Shown: positions 19,934-31,475, counted from the stretch's first letter. The stretch is DNA of 64,000 nt from a virus (IMGVR_UViG_3300020438_004021:1-64000); one strand, 5' to 3'. Notes: a model not told the origin generated them from the sequence alone. Numbers and translations are program-made.

Positions 19934-21064
19934 ATGAAAGTCCCCCAATTTATGCCCTATGTCGGCATGGATGACTATGAAGCACTTAAGGAATCCTTCG
20001 AGATTAATTGGATTACTGAAGGTCCAAAGTCCAAAATATTCAACCAAAAAATCTGTGAAAAAATAGGAGTGAAGCATGGGTCTTTCGCACCCAATGGCAC
20101 TCTAGCATTATATCTGGCACTGAGAGCACTTGATATAGGTGAAGGGGATGAGGTAATAGTACCCAACTTCACTTTTATCGCGACTGCTAATGCGGTAGAG
20201 ATGGTGGGTGCTACACCTGTCTTTGCAGACATAGACGAATACCTCCAACTAGATGCAGATGCTTGCGAACCGTTGGTAACCGATAAGACTGCGGCTATAA
20301 TGCCAGCACACTTATATGGTTTCTCATGTAATATGGATAAGATACTAGATTTTGCTGATAGGCATAACTTGCTAGTAATAGAGGATGCTGCTCAGGCATT
20401 GGGTGTGGAGTGGAAAGGTGAAAAATGCGGTTCCATGGGGGACATTTCGTGTTTCTCATTTTTTGCTGACAAAACCATCACCACAGGAGAGGGTGGATTC
20501 GTAGCTACAGACTTCGATAGCCGTCAAGAAAGATTGATGTATCTGAGGAATCAGGGTAGGCTTGATAGAGGGACTTTCATTCATCCTGAGATAGGATATA
20601 ACTTCCGAATGACTGATATCCAGTCGGCATTGGGATTATCCCAACTAGGTAAGTTTGATGAGATAGTGAGCCGTAAGAGAGAAATTCATAAAAGATATGC
20701 AGAAATGTTGCATGGGATAGAAGAAGTTGAGGTGATTAAACCGAGTGATGATGTCACATCATTCATCCCATTTAGGGCGGTTCTAATAACCAAGGAAGAT
20801 ACTTCTGATGCCCTAATGGCCTATATGAAAGAAAATGGTGTAGAACCCAGAACATTCTTCTACCCATTACATAAGCAACCATGTTTCTCTGAATATATCA
20901 AAGATGAAAGATATGCCGACTACTCATTCGAGAAGTCCATTCACGCATATGAACATGGGGTCTGCCTGCCATCCTTCGCTTCTATGGACATGGAGCAGGT
21001 AGAATACGTTTGTAACACTATCAAGAATTATTATGCAAAAAAAGGTGAAACAGTAAATGTCTAA
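19934..21064 (+). CDS. DegT/DnrJ/EryC1/StrS PLP-dependent sugar aminotransferase
   Basis: NGTLAL, IEDAAQA, FSFFADKTITTGEGG and GYNFRM motifs. Confidence 0.92.
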   Translation: MKVPQFMPYVGMDDYEALKESFEINWITEGPKSKIFNQKICEKIGVKHGSFAPNGTLALYLALRALDIGEGDEVIVPNFTFIATANAVEMVGATPVFADIDEYLQLDADACEPLVTDKTAAIMPAHLYGFSCNMDKILDFADRHNLLVIEDAAQALGVEWKGEKCGSMGDISCFSFFADKTITTGEGGFVATDFDSRQERLMYLRNQGRLDRGTFIHPEIGYNFRMTDIQSALGLSQLGKFDEIVSRKREIHKRYAEMLHGIEEVEVIKPSDDVTSFIPFRAVLITKEDTSDALMAYMKENGVEPRTFFYPLHKQPCFSEYIKDERYADYSFEKSIHAYEHGVCLPSFASMDMEQVEYVCNTIKNYYAKKGETVNV

Positions 21065-21563
21065 GTACAAGATACATCCTAACCTACATGAACCAACCAT
21101 GCTTAAGATTCAGTCTATATCAGACGACAGGGGTCTATTGGTCCCTTTCACCGACGATATCGACCATGAATTATTCAGAAGATGCTATATTGTCGAAGAC
21201 TATGGCAGAGGTGTGATTAGAGGCCTTCACTATCATAAGTTGGAGATGAAGATATTCACTATCGTGTCGGGAGCCGCCAAGTTCGTCACCCTAAGGCTGC
21301 CACAGGATGTAGCAGATAGGAACGATGAGCATGAAATTGCAGGTCTCATTAAGAAGGACCCTGATATTGTTAAGACTTTCGTGCTCAGCAATAGGCATCA
21401 TTGCGTATTAGCAATCCCACCCAATTTCGCTAACGGTTGGGTGAGTCTGGAAGACAACACAGTTCTCACATCACTTAGCAATCTTAGATTCGAGGATGCA
21501 ATGAAAGACGATATTAGGATCAATCCTTATCTCGTCAATGAATGGGAAGTAGTGGGTAGATAA
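21057..21563 (+). CDS. cupin NDP-sugar epimerase/isomerase (RmlC/FdtA-like)
   Basis: DDRG, RGLHYH and IPP.FANG motifs. Confidence 0.75.
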   Translation: MSKYKIHPNLHEPTMLKIQSISDDRGLLVPFTDDIDHELFRRCYIVEDYGRGVIRGLHYHKLEMKIFTIVSGAAKFVTLRLPQDVADRNDEHEIAGLIKKDPDIVKTFVLSNRHHCVLAIPPNFANGWVSLEDNTVLTSLSNLRFEDAMKDDIRINPYLVNEWEVVGR

Positions 21564-21770
21564 ATGTTTAAAGAGACCAAGACGAGGAGCGTAACCAAGA
21601 CAGTTCTATGGAGGATGATAGCAATCCTCAACAGTTATCTGATATTGGTGCTCGTGATTTCTGATGAGCCGATATATAATGCTCTCTTAATGAACCTCAC
21701 TGGTTTTATTGTTTATTATTTTTATGAAAGATTCTGGGATAGAATCAAAAAAGGAAGGTATGAAGCATGA
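21564..21770 (+). CDS. DUF2061-like small membrane protein
   Basis: ET..RS..KT..WR and YY.YER.W motifs. Confidence 0.7.
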   Translation: MFKETKTRSVTKTVLWRMIAILNSYLILVLVISDEPIYNALLMNLTGFIVYYFYERFWDRIKKGRYEA

Positions 21771-22696
21771 AAGTACTAGTTACAGGTGGGGCAGGTTACA
21801 TAGGTAGCACCTTGGTCCCAGAGTTGTTGAAAGAGGGACACGAAGTGTGTGTTTATGATTCCTTGCTTTTTGGAGGAAACAGTATGTTACCTCATTTCAG
21901 AAATCCCAAATTCTCCTTTGTTGAAGGTGATATCAGAGATGTTGGTCTCCTGAGAGAATCCGTCGATGAAGCGGATGTAGTGATTCACCTCGCAGCTATT
22001 GTTGGTTATCCGGCATGTGAGAAGGATCATAATGTCACCAAGGCGGTGAATCTAGACGCTACTAAAGCACTGGTCCAGATGGTAAAAGGTTCAGATAAGG
22101 TCATACTGTTTGGTTCTACTGGCAGTAACTATGGTAGGGTAGACGGTGTTTGTAATGAAGAGACACCCTTAAATCCTCTGAGTCTATACGGCACAACCAA
22201 GACTGAAGCAGAACAATATATGATGGACAACTGCAATGCTGTGGCATACAGATTTGCAACAGCTTTCGGTCTTGCTCCTAGACTTAGACTAGATTTGCTA
22301 GTAAATGATTTCACCAATAAAGCAATCAATGACAAGTATATCGTAGTCTATGAATCTCATTACATGAGAACATTCATTCACGTTCATGACATCGCTAGGT
22401 CTTTCATGTTTGCATTAAACAATCTAGATAAGATGGTGGGTAATGTTTACAATGTGGGAAGTGACAACATGAACTTCAGTAAGAGAGAAGTCTGCGAGAA
22501 GATTAACGAAGTCACACCTTACTTCCTACACTTAGCAGATATTGGTAGCGACGCCGACCAGAGAGACTACGTGGTGTCTTATGATAAAATATCTTCTCTA
22601 GGATTTAGTACCACGATAGGTCTAGGCGAGGGAATCAAAGAACTGTCTGAAGGAATAAGAGTGATTAAAAATGACAGTCCATACAGTAATGTCTGA
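21767..22696 (+). CDS. NAD-dependent epimerase/dehydratase
   Basis: TGGAGYIG, HLAAIVG and Y..TK motifs. Confidence 0.9.
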   Translation: MKVLVTGGAGYIGSTLVPELLKEGHEVCVYDSLLFGGNSMLPHFRNPKFSFVEGDIRDVGLLRESVDEADVVIHLAAIVGYPACEKDHNVTKAVNLDATKALVQMVKGSDKVILFGSTGSNYGRVDGVCNEETPLNPLSLYGTTKTEAEQYMMDNCNAVAYRFATAFGLAPRLRLDLLVNDFTNKAINDKYIVVYESHYMRTFIHVHDIARSFMFALNNLDKMVGNVYNVGSDNMNFSKREVCEKINEVTPYFLHLADIGSDADQRDYVVSYDKISSLGFSTTIGLGEGIKELSEGIRVIKNDSPYSNV

Positions 22697-23450
22697 ATAC
22701 TCAGATAAACAAGCAGAGATATATGACATTGTGCATGGTGGTAAGTCATATCAGTCCGAGGTTGACTATATTATAAACATCGCAGAATCTAATAATGTCA
22801 CAACTAAAAAGGTGCTGGACGTAGGTTGCGGAACCGGAATGCATATGGAGGGTTTCCAATCTAGAGGGTGGGAAACACAAGGTGTTGATATATCAGACAA
22901 TATGCTATCGATTGCTAGGTCTAGATTGGAAGAAGGTACTGTCTTAGAAGAAGACTTAGACAAGATAGAGGACAAATTCGACCTAGCAGTTAGCATGTTC
23001 AATGTGATAAATCACATAGGTGGTAGATATGAGAATCTGGAGGATTTCTTCAGAGGGATATCTAGCAAGATGAATAAAAACGGCATATTGGTATTCGACT
23101 GCTTTAATCATGATGCATTTATAAGAGAGTCTCCTGAAGTCACCACTAAGAAATTAGATAACGGGTTCGAACTTAGGACGATACCGATGGCATCCCCATT
23201 TGATAGCAGGTTAGTGCTCAACTGCACCTATACTAATAATATGGGAGAGGACCACGACTATCAGATAGAACATAAGATATGGCACACCGGTCAGATATTC
23301 GCATCTTTGTTTAAACAGGGATTTGCCTTAGTCGGTCTATATGACCATTTTGAGCAGTATAATCATATTCAAAGTGGAAAATATGAGTCCAAAGATGAAA
23401 CTAAGTACAAAATAGTAGTTGTTGCCAAAAAAGTGAGGAGGCATAGATGA
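22689..23450 (+). CDS. class I SAM-dependent methyltransferase (sugar N-methyltransferase-like)
   Basis: AEIYD.V...K.Y..E, VLDVGCGTG.H and GVDIS..ML motifs. Confidence 0.8.
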   Translation: MSEYSDKQAEIYDIVHGGKSYQSEVDYIINIAESNNVTTKKVLDVGCGTGMHMEGFQSRGWETQGVDISDNMLSIARSRLEEGTVLEEDLDKIEDKFDLAVSMFNVINHIGGRYENLEDFFRGISSKMNKNGILVFDCFNHDAFIRESPEVTTKKLDNGFELRTIPMASPFDSRLVLNCTYTNNMGEDHDYQIEHKIWHTGQIFASLFKQGFALVGLYDHFEQYNHIQSGKYESKDETKYKIVVVAKKVRRHR

Positions 23451-24340
23451 AGTTCTTAGTTACTGGTGGTGCAGGGTTCATAGGTTCACATCTAGTGGAC
23501 CAATTACTGGCAGAAGGTCATAAAGTCATCTGCGTGGATGATGAATCTGCAGAAAACAACGATAAATTCTGGTGGAACCCTGAGGCAGAAAATGCCAAGT
23601 TCAGTATAAAATGCTATGACTGCCTTAAATACCAGATGAAAGAAGTAGACGTGGTATTTCACATGGCTGCTGAGTCTAGGGTGCAGAACTGCATGAAGAA
23701 TCCTAGAATGGCAGTAGAGACCAATGTATTGGGACTATGCAATGTATTGCAGTCAGCATTAGAATCTAATGTAAAGAGGGTCGTCTATTCTTCTACTTCT
23801 TCTGCCTATGGGATTCAAAACCCCATCCCCAACCGAGAGGATATGACCACAGATTGTATCAACCCATATGCGTCGACCAAGGTGGCAGGAGAGATGTTGT
23901 GTAAGAACTACTCCGATATCTTCGGTATGGAGACCGTAATATTCAGGTACTTCAATGTTTATGGTGACAGGTCTCCCGTAAGGGGTCAATATGCACCTTT
24001 GGTGGGTAGATTTTTAGACCAACACAGCCGAGGAGAATCCTTGACTTTAGTACCCGATGGCACTCAGAGGAGAGATTATGTTCACGTTTCGGACGTGGTT
24101 GAGGCTAATGTGATATCCGCTTTCAAGAAAGATATATGCTCGGGTGAAATATATAATGTGGGTACAGGCAACAACTACTCCGTCAAGGAGATAGCAGACA
24201 TTATTTCTGAAGAGCAAGTATTCATTGAACCTAGGGATGGAGAGGCTAAAGAGACACTAGCGGATTGTTCTAAGATAAAAAATGCCTTCTCTTGGGAACC
24301 CAAGATCGACTTGAAAGAGTGGATAGAACGAAATAAATAA
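23447..24340 (+). CDS. NAD-dependent epimerase (UDP-glucose 4-epimerase-like)
   Basis: TGGAGFIGSH, YASTK, RYFNVYG and RDYVHV motifs. Confidence 0.9.
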   Translation: MKFLVTGGAGFIGSHLVDQLLAEGHKVICVDDESAENNDKFWWNPEAENAKFSIKCYDCLKYQMKEVDVVFHMAAESRVQNCMKNPRMAVETNVLGLCNVLQSALESNVKRVVYSSTSSAYGIQNPIPNREDMTTDCINPYASTKVAGEMLCKNYSDIFGMETVIFRYFNVYGDRSPVRGQYAPLVGRFLDQHSRGESLTLVPDGTQRRDYVHVSDVVEANVISAFKKDICSGEIYNVGTGNNYSVKEIADIISEEQVFIEPRDGEAKETLADCSKIKNAFSWEPKIDLKEWIERNK

Positions 24341-24374
24341 TCAGAGTGCTGTGAACCAAAAAGGAACTGATGAT

Positions 24375-25676
24375 ATGCACAAATTAAGTCTATGTATGAT
24401 TGTTAAGAATGAGAACGTACCTCACTTCAAGGAGTGTTTGGAGTCCGTGTCTCCCTATATTGATTATTATGTGATAGCCGACAACGGTTCCACAGATGGC
24501 ACTCAGGAGTTCATCAAAGAATTCTTCGATGCTAAAGGTATCAAGGGAGAAGTGCATAATGTTCCATGGGTCAACTTCGGTCATAATAGAACTGAAGCGA
24601 TTCAGTTCTGCAATGGTAAGTCTGAATACTGTCTGATGATTGATGCGGATGACAGAATCATCGGCGAATTGGACCTAGATATCGACCAAATCATTGAAGA
24701 AGGTTGGGATGGTCATGCTCTAAGAATCCAGAGAGGTGACTTCACTTGGTGGAGAAATCAAATCTTCAAGATGACTTCCAACTGGAGCTATGAGGGTGTA
24801 CTCCACGAGTATGCAGCCTGCAATCGTGAAGCACCAGAAGGACACAAACTCGGAAGAATAACAGGTAAATATCACGTAGATGCTAGAACACTGGGTGCTA
24901 GAAACAAAAACCATGAATCTGGTGAAGGAATCGATGGGATTGAGAAATATTCTAGGGATGCCGATGTTCTGCTAAGTGCTTTGACTAATCCCGAAGACCC
25001 CGCTTATGAACCAGACAACGCAAGATACCAGTTCTATCTGGCACAGTCTTACTTCGATTCTCAGCAATGGCAAAAAGCGGAAGATGCATATGGTGCTAGA
25101 GCATCAATGGGCGGATGGCCCGAAGAGGTATTCTACTCTGTCTTCAGGGTAGCGATATGTAAATTGTTGTTGAATAAACCATGGCCCGAAGCTCAAGACA
25201 CCTTCCTTCAGGCATATAACCTTAAACCAGATAGGGCAGAACCTTTGTATCAACTCGCTAAGATACAAAGGATGAATGGGAACCCCAACTTAGGTTATAT
25301 GTTCGCTAAAATGGCATGCGAGATTCCATATCCGAAGGATGATATTTTATTCATCAGCGACCAGGTATATTCCTGGATGGTTCTGGACGAATTTGCTTCA
25401 ACGGCATATTATGCCGGAGATTACTATAACGGTTATAAGGCTGCTAAGATTCTATGTCAGAAGTTGGATGCGGGTGAGATCCCAGAAGAGCATAGAACTA
25501 GAATATTTGACAACATCTCCTTCTACGAGAATGCAATCAAGGAAGGCGAGAAGAAGAAAGAGGTAAATATGGCAAAACTGGAAGAGGCTGCTAAATCCAA
25601 GAGAGATAAAATGCTTGCTAAGAAGAAGACTCAGCAGAAGAACAAAAAGAGGAAGAAGCAGAAGGCTAGAACCTGA
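24375..25676 (+). CDS. GT2 glycosyltransferase with TPR domain
   Basis: LCMIVKNE, D.GSTDGT, IDAD, GVLHE; C-terminal FYLAQSY and RAEPLY TPR-like repeats. Confidence 0.85.
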   Translation: MHKLSLCMIVKNENVPHFKECLESVSPYIDYYVIADNGSTDGTQEFIKEFFDAKGIKGEVHNVPWVNFGHNRTEAIQFCNGKSEYCLMIDADDRIIGELDLDIDQIIEEGWDGHALRIQRGDFTWWRNQIFKMTSNWSYEGVLHEYAACNREAPEGHKLGRITGKYHVDARTLGARNKNHESGEGIDGIEKYSRDADVLLSALTNPEDPAYEPDNARYQFYLAQSYFDSQQWQKAEDAYGARASMGGWPEEVFYSVFRVAICKLLLNKPWPEAQDTFLQAYNLKPDRAEPLYQLAKIQRMNGNPNLGYMFAKMACEIPYPKDDILFISDQVYSWMVLDEFASTAYYAGDYYNGYKAAKILCQKLDAGEIPEEHRTRIFDNISFYENAIKEGEKKKEVNMAKLEEAAKSKRDKMLAKKKTQQKNKKRKKQKART

Positions 25677-25681
25677 ATAAG

Positions 25682-25689
25682 TATAAATA
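25682..25689 (+). promoter_or_regulatory. T4-type late promoter
   Basis: intergenic TATAAATA. Confidence 0.7.
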
Positions 25690-25708
25690 AATAAATCAGG
25701 AGATTCAC

Positions 25709-26176
25709 ATGGGTCGTGCAGGAAATTATGACATCAAGGCAGAGCAAGGTTCTGACTTCAATCTATACCTAGAGTATCAAGAGAACAACGGTACTGGGAT
25801 AACACTTAACAGTTATACTGCCAGTATGCAGGTCAGAAGGTCTGTGGTAGACACCGATGCCCTTTTATGGGTATCCGGCACTACGGTGGTGGGTACTACC
25901 CATCTTAACAGGGCTGTTACCGGTGGTGGTTCTACTGGGGAGTTCGATCCCACGTTGGCAACCGGTGGGGTATTAGGCACTGGTGGGATTAGACTGGATG
26001 CTACTTCAGCGGGCAAGTCAGGTTCTACAGGTGGAATCTTAATAACCATAGGCACAGACACCATGAAGAACGTCCCAGCTGGTAGGCACTTCTATGATTT
26101 AGAACTGCACAGTGGCAAATCTGCCGAGAAAGTGCTTAAGGGCAGATTCGAGGTAGAGGGTGAGGTAACCAGATGA
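25709..26176 (+). CDS. putative virion structural protein
   Basis: late promoter; EQGSDF, ASMQVR, YDLEL and EVTR pattern, Gly/Thr-rich. Confidence 0.6.
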   Translation: MGRAGNYDIKAEQGSDFNLYLEYQENNGTGITLNSYTASMQVRRSVVDTDALLWVSGTTVVGTTHLNRAVTGGGSTGEFDPTLATGGVLGTGGIRLDATSAGKSGSTGGILITIGTDTMKNVPAGRHFYDLELHSGKSAEKVLKGRFEVEGEVTR

Positions 26177-26280
26177 GCAAGGTAAAGGTTAATGAACAAC
26201 AACCTCATAGGGTTACAATCACCGCTAGAAATCAAATAAAAATAGTAAAACAGGCTGACACCGTCAAAATAGTAAGATGA
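26173..26280 (+). CDS. small hypothetical protein (MSKVKVNEQQ...)
   Basis: ATGA overlap with the upstream stop, GAGG RBS; 35 aa. Confidence 0.5.
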   Translation: MSKVKVNEQQPHRVTITARNQIKIVKQADTVKIVR

Positions 26281-26282
26281 TC

Positions 26283-26311
26283 TTGACTGTGCTTGGTCTT
26301 TGTGGTATAAT
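26283..26311 (+). promoter_or_regulatory. sigma70-type promoter
   Basis: TTGACT-N17-TATAAT with TG extension. Confidence 0.8.
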
Positions 26312-26337
26312 GTGTTTTTAACATGGAGATTTTTGTT

Positions 26338-26916
26338 ATGGATTTACCGACACTTGGATATTACCGGACTCACAGCAATGCGATTCCACCTAAAATGAGT
26401 ACAGCAGGAGCAGCCTGCTATGACCTATCTGCACAACTGGTTGTAGAAGACAAAAACGGTCGTGTCACTGACTACAGAGAAGTCACGATTTTCACACCAG
26501 AAAATGAGACCTATGTAGAGACAGCGACCTGCAAGGTGCACCCAACAGAGAGTGGGCGGTTCACACCTTTCAAGGTCGTAATTCCACCTAGACATAGAGC
26601 GATTATTCCAACTGGAATTATATTCGATATTCCAGATGGTTATTCTGTCAGAATACACCCTAGGTCTGGTCTCTCTATTAAGAAGGGATTCATCGTTGCT
26701 AACTGCGAGGGTGTCATCGACGAAGACTACTTCCACGAGATTAAATCTTTAATGGTCAACACAAGCGATGTCCCAATCATAGTTGAGCATGGAGATAGAA
26801 TCGTTCAGGCAGAGATTGTTAAAACAGTACAGCATTATATCGTAGAGACCCACGTTGAGCCTTGTCAGAAGACAGACAGAGTGGGTGGTCTTGGAAGCAC
26901 GGGAGTTAAGGTATGA
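26338..26916 (+). CDS. dut: trimeric dUTPase
   Basis: AACYDL, PRSGLS, GVIDEDY, GDRIVQ and R.GGLGSTG motifs. Confidence 0.92.
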   Translation: MDLPTLGYYRTHSNAIPPKMSTAGAACYDLSAQLVVEDKNGRVTDYREVTIFTPENETYVETATCKVHPTESGRFTPFKVVIPPRHRAIIPTGIIFDIPDGYSVRIHPRSGLSIKKGFIVANCEGVIDEDYFHEIKSLMVNTSDVPIIVEHGDRIVQAEIVKTVQHYIVETHVEPCQKTDRVGGLGSTGVKV

Positions 26917-27308
26917 ACAGAGATGAACTAATGCAGCACCATGTAGCATTGTGTGAAGAGGCTAGAGACTTGATGAGGATCAAGAACCATGATTATGCGG
27001 GCAAGGATGCCGAGACCCCTTGGATGAACTTCCAGAGGTCGGAGATAATGGGTCTGTGTAAGACTGAGCAAGCATTCATGGTTAGGATTCTGGATAAGAT
27101 TTCTAGACTAATCACTTACACAACCAGTGGAGAACTGATGGTTAAGGGCGAAGGTGTTAAGGATTCAATAGTTGACATAATCAATTACATGGTCTTATTC
27201 TCGGCTTTCATAGAAGACGGTAACGTTGATGAGGCCGATCTAGACGGCTTGAAGGACACGGCTGATAACTACGACTCAATCGAAAAGGAATATTGGAGGA
27301 GTGCTTGA
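26913..27308 (+). CDS. DUF1599 / nucleotide-modification-associated domain protein
   Basis: KNHDY, R..DK.SRL and DS..D..NY motifs. Confidence 0.7.
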   Translation: MNRDELMQHHVALCEEARDLMRIKNHDYAGKDAETPWMNFQRSEIMGLCKTEQAFMVRILDKISRLITYTTSGELMVKGEGVKDSIVDIINYMVLFSAFIEDGNVDEADLDGLKDTADNYDSIEKEYWRSA

Positions 27309-27333
27309 CAGTAGAAGTAAGCCATGGTAAAAT
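27305..27333 (+). promoter_or_regulatory. sigma70-type promoter for DNA polymerase, probably leaderless
   Basis: TTGACA-N17-TAAAAT with TG; ATG 7 nt downstream. Confidence 0.75.
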
Positions 27334-27340
27334 GGGAAAC

Positions 27341-29863
27341 ATGGAAAGAATGTACACAAACGTAGTGACCTATGGAAACAATATCCTCTACAGAGGGTAT
27401 GATGAGAACGGGGTTGAAGTCAGGGAAAGACCAGACTTCAACCCCGAACTATTTGTACCGGCTAGGAAAGAGACCAAGCATCGGAATCTCGATGGTGTCT
27501 ATCTAGAGAAGATAATCCCAGGCTCGATGAAAGAATATAGAGACTTCATCAAGGATTTTGATGGTGTCGGAGGAATGCAGGTTTGTGGTGACATCAATCT
27601 GGAAGTACAATTCATCGGTAAGGAATTTCCGGACGGTGTGAATTATGATTATGATAAGTTAAAAGTAGTGGCGATTGATATTGAGACCACTTGTGAAGGA
27701 GGATTCCCAGATGTTGATGACCCTAATGAAGAAATCATTGCTATCACTGTTAAAATCGGCGATAAAACTACTAGTTTTGGTATTCGTGATTTTGATATTT
27801 TGGGGGTGGATTGTAATAATTGCTCTGGGGAATCAGACCTAATCATAGCATTCTTGGACTATTGGGAATTTATCAAACCGGACATTATCACAGGTTGGAA
27901 CATTAGATTCTTCGACATGCCCTATATGTACAATAGAATGAGAAGGGTAGTCGGGGACAAGCAGGCTAAGAGGTTGAGTCCTTGGAACATCGTCAAAGAG
28001 AAGACTGTCCATAGAAGGAACAGAGAGCAAAAAATCTACGATATCGTGGGTGTTGCTACAATGGACTACTATGACCTCTATCAGTCTTTCACCTACACCA
28101 ATCAAGAAAGTTACAGGTTGGACCACATCGCCTATGTCGAACTAGGCGAGAGGAAGATGTCGTATGAAGAGTATGGGAGCATTAGAGAGTTCTATAAGCA
28201 AGACTTCCAGAAATTCATGGAGTATAACGTCAAAGACGTTGAATTGATTACAAGACTAGAGGACAAGTTGAGACTGATGGAACTGGCAGTTGCACTTGCA
28301 TATGCAGCAAGGGTCAACTTCATGGATGTGTTCAGTCAGGTAAAGATGTGGGATAGCATAATTTACCATTACTTGAAAGAGCACAATATTGCTGTTCCTC
28401 CAAGGGTAATCACCTCAAAGTCAGAGCAATATGCTGGTGCTTTTGTTAAAGAACCCATAGTTGGGATGCATGACTGGATTATGTCTTTCGACCTGAACTC
28501 CCTGTATCCCCACCTCATAATGCAATACAATATTAGTCCAGAGACCAAAGTACCCAACGTTGGTGACGTCTTCTCTAGAAATATAATCAACCCTGATGGC
28601 ATCTTGAGTGACAGCGATTTTACCAACAAGTACCTAGATGAATGGAAGGGCAAGGACCTGTCCATTGCTAGCAATGGGATATGCTTTACGAAGAGATTCA
28701 AAGGGTTCCTACCTGCCATCATGGAAAGACTCTACGAAGAGAGAAAAATAGCAAAGAAGAAGATGATTGAGGCACAGCAAAAGCAACAGTCATCCAGAGA
28801 TGTGGATAAGAATGCGATATCTAAGGAGATATCTAAGTACAAGAATGAGCAATTAGTTAGAAAAGTGCAGTTGAATTCGGCATATGGTGCAATTGGAAAC
28901 AACTATTGCAGGTATTATGATGTCGACCTAGCAGAAGCAGTCACCATCTCTGGTCAGCTCAGCATCAGGTGGATTGAGAAAGAACTTAATCTGTTCATGA
29001 ACGACCTTCTAAAGACAGAAGATGAGGATTACGTGGTGGCAATCGATACCGACTCCGTTTATATTGGGGTCGATAGGATTGTAGATAAGTTCGCTAAGGG
29101 TAAAAGCAAAGAACAAATAGTGGACATTCTAGATAAGTCTGCCAATGACATATTCTTGCCTTTCATCAATAAGAAGTATGAGGAGATGGCAGACAAGGTG
29201 AATGCCTTTCAGCAGAAGATGAAGATGGGCAGGGAGGTAATAGCAGACAAAGGAATCTGGACTGCCAAGAAGAGGTATATCCTCAACGTGCTAGATAATG
29301 AAGGTGTAAGATATGAGAAGCCCAAAATCAAGGTTACTGGGATTGAGACTACTAGAGCATCCACCCCAGCAGTGGTCAGAAAACATCTGACAGACATCAT
29401 TAGCCTCATCCTGAATACTGATGAAGATACGGTAATCAATCACATTGAGAAGGTGAAAGAAGAATTCTTCAGTCAGCAACCAGAAGACATAGCCTTTCCT
29501 AGAGGCATTAAAGGCATAGAAAAATACGGAGATGAGACAACGATATATGCTAAGCACACTCCGATAGCTACGAAGGGTGCTCTAATATATAATTCTCAAG
29601 TTAGAGCACGGAAACTAGATAAAAAGTACGAAATCATTAGGGATAACGACAAGGCGAAGTTCATCTATCTGAAAGAGCCTAATCCAGTTAAAGAAAAGGT
29701 AGTGACATTTCCAAATGCCCTACCAAAGGAGTTGGACCTTCATGATTTCATTGATTACGAGCTTCAGTTTGAAAAGTCTTTCCTAGACCCTCTCAAGTCA
29801 ATACTGAATGCTATAGGTTGGAAGAGCAAGAGAGAAAGTTCATTGGAAAGCTTGTTCGGTTAA
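27341..29863 (+). CDS. 43: family B DNA polymerase gp43
   Basis: DIET exonuclease motif, [20 protein letters not shown] and KKRY motifs. Confidence 0.97.
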   Translation: MERMYTNVVTYGNNILYRGYDENGVEVRERPDFNPELFVPARKETKHRNLDGVYLEKIIPGSMKEYRDFIKDFDGVGGMQVCGDINLEVQFIGKEFPDGVNYDYDKLKVVAIDIETTCEGGFPDVDDPNEEIIAITVKIGDKTTSFGIRDFDILGVDCNNCSGESDLIIAFLDYWEFIKPDIITGWNIRFFDMPYMYNRMRRVVGDKQAKRLSPWNIVKEKTVHRRNREQKIYDIVGVATMDYYDLYQSFTYTNQESYRLDHIAYVELGERKMSYEEYGSIREFYKQDFQKFMEYNVKDVELITRLEDKLRLMELAVALAYAARVNFMDVFSQVKMWDSIIYHYLKEHNIAVPPRVITSKSEQYAGAFVKEPIVGMHDWIMSFDLNSLYPHLIMQYNISPETKVPNVGDVFSRNIINPDGILSDSDFTNKYLDEWKGKDLSIASNGICFTKRFKGFLPAIMERLYEERKIAKKKMIEAQQKQQSSRDVDKNAISKEISKYKNEQLVRKVQLNSAYGAIGNNYCRYYDVDLAEAVTISGQLSIRWIEKELNLFMNDLLKTEDEDYVVAIDTDSVYIGVDRIVDKFAKGKSKEQIVDILDKSANDIFLPFINKKYEEMADKVNAFQQKMKMGREVIADKGIWTAKKRYILNVLDNEGVRYEKPKIKVTGIETTRASTPAVVRKHLTDIISLILNTDEDTVINHIEKVKEEFFSQQPEDIAFPRGIKGIEKYGDETTIYAKHTPIATKGALIYNSQVRARKLDKKYEIIRDNDKAKFIYLKEPNPVKEKVVTFPNALPKELDLHDFIDYELQFEKSFLDPLKSILNAIGWKSKRESSLESLFG

Positions 29864-29882
29864 TAACAAAGGTGGTGTACAA

Positions 29883-30944
29883 ATGAGTTTTTTACAGTCA
29901 ATAATCAAAGATTCCGGCAATGAGTATGCCAGTATCGTAGAAGAAGGTGTTGAAGGCAGCGATGTCACAGGATTCGTCAACACGGGGAGTTATGCTCTCA
30001 ATGCGTTGCTTTCTGGAGACATCTATAAAGGCATGCCAGATAATAAAATCATGGCATTGGCAGGGGAAAGTGCGACAGGCAAGACGTATTTTGCATTAGA
30101 CATTTGCAAGAAGTTTTTGGATGATAAACAAGAAGGACTCGTCCTTTATTTTGACACCGAGCAGGCTATTACCTCAGATATGATTAAGGATAGAGGAATA
30201 GATTCTTCAAGAGTTGCCATTTTCCCAGTTGCCACTGTGGAGGACTTCAGGCATCAATGCATCAAGATTGTGGATAAAGTCCTAGAAGTACCTAAGGATG
30301 AGAGAAAACCAATGATTGTGGTATTGGATTCTCTAGGGATGCTTTCTACCAACAAAGAGATGGCAGACACAGCAGACGGTAAAGAGACCAGAGATATGAC
30401 ACGTGCACAACTGGTCAAGGCTACCTTTAGGGTGTTGACCCTCAAACTGGGGAGAGCACAAATCCCCCTAATCTTGACCAACCATACCTATGACGTGGTG
30501 GGTTCTTACATTCCGATGAAAGAGATGGGTGGTGGTTCCGGTCTTAAGTATGCCGCATCCACAATCGTGTATTTGTCCAAGAAGAAGATTAAAGACGGCA
30601 CTGATATTATCGGTAACATCATCAGGTGTAAATTGTTCAAGAGCAGACTTACCAAGGAAAATAAGCAGGTTGAGGTCCAGCTGAATTATGATACTGGTCT
30701 TAATCCTTATTTTGGTCTGTCTGACTTAGCAATCAAATATGGAATCTTCAAGAAGGTTAGCACTAGGATAGAGTTGCCTGATGGAAGAAAGGTTTATGAG
30801 AAGCAGTTAAATACTCAACCAGAGCAATATTACACTAAAGAAATCCTAGACCAACTCAACGAGGCAGCTGCCAAAGAATACAAATACGGAAGCACTGAAG
30901 AAGAAGAGGTGATGCATGACTCAGCAGAAGAAGAAACCGTGTAA
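29883..30944 (+). CDS. uvsX: RecA-like recombinase UvsX
   Basis: [19 protein letters not shown] and [11 protein letters not shown] motifs. Confidence 0.95.
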   Translation: MSFLQSIIKDSGNEYASIVEEGVEGSDVTGFVNTGSYALNALLSGDIYKGMPDNKIMALAGESATGKTYFALDICKKFLDDKQEGLVLYFDTEQAITSDMIKDRGIDSSRVAIFPVATVEDFRHQCIKIVDKVLEVPKDERKPMIVVLDSLGMLSTNKEMADTADGKETRDMTRAQLVKATFRVLTLKLGRAQIPLILTNHTYDVVGSYIPMKEMGGGSGLKYAASTIVYLSKKKIKDGTDIIGNIIRCKLFKSRLTKENKQVEVQLNYDTGLNPYFGLSDLAIKYGIFKKVSTRIELPDGRKVYEKQLNTQPEQYYTKEILDQLNEAAAKEYKYGSTEEEEVMHDSAEEETV

Positions 30945-31134
30945 TTGCAGCAAAAAACACAAGTTTATACCTCTGAAGGATGGTAGATTTGAGAACTACA
31001 ATTTCAAATCCTTAGGTCTAGGCGATACTGTCTACAAATTGATTGGTTATGCATCTTTAGGTATGGTCAAATCCTGCAAGGCCTGTAGCAGGAGGAGAAA
31101 TGTGCTTAACAGAATGTTCCCATATAGAGGATAG
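30916..31134 (+). CDS. small Cys-rich hypothetical protein
   Basis: GAGG RBS; CxC and CxxC; GLGDTV. Confidence 0.55.
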   Translation: MTQQKKKPCNCSKKHKFIPLKDGRFENYNFKSLGLGDTVYKLIGYASLGMVKSCKACSRRRNVLNRMFPYRG

Positions 31135-31136
31135 TC

Positions 31137-31475
31137 ATGAGTGAAATTCCCTCATATACTTTTGCGGAAAACCCAGATGACGACTCTATGGGTGGTATTA
31201 GAATAACTAACGGCAGATACAGAGGATTCATCTACCAATACGGTGTAGTGTCCTTCGGAGAGATGCCTGATGCCAATCCTTCATTGTTAAAGAGGTTATG
31301 GACCAAACTGGCAGGCATCTTCAAGAAGAATGACCAGACCCCTTCTCTCAACTTCACATACCAGATAATTGACAATCCTATGGGGTGTCCGGTAAATAGT
31401 GAGTTGAAAGCGATTATGGGTACAATATTAACAGAACTTATTTGTGAAAGATACAACAATGGAAGTATCGACTGA
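31137..31475 (+). CDS. gp40-like protein (head vertex assembly chaperone position)
   Basis: lies between uvsX and gp41 as in T4; YQYG.V.F and L.F.Y.I motifs. Confidence 0.5.
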   Translation: MSEIPSYTFAENPDDDSMGGIRITNGRYRGFIYQYGVVSFGEMPDANPSLLKRLWTKLAGIFKKNDQTPSLNFTYQIIDNPMGCPVNSELKAIMGTILTELICERYNNGSID

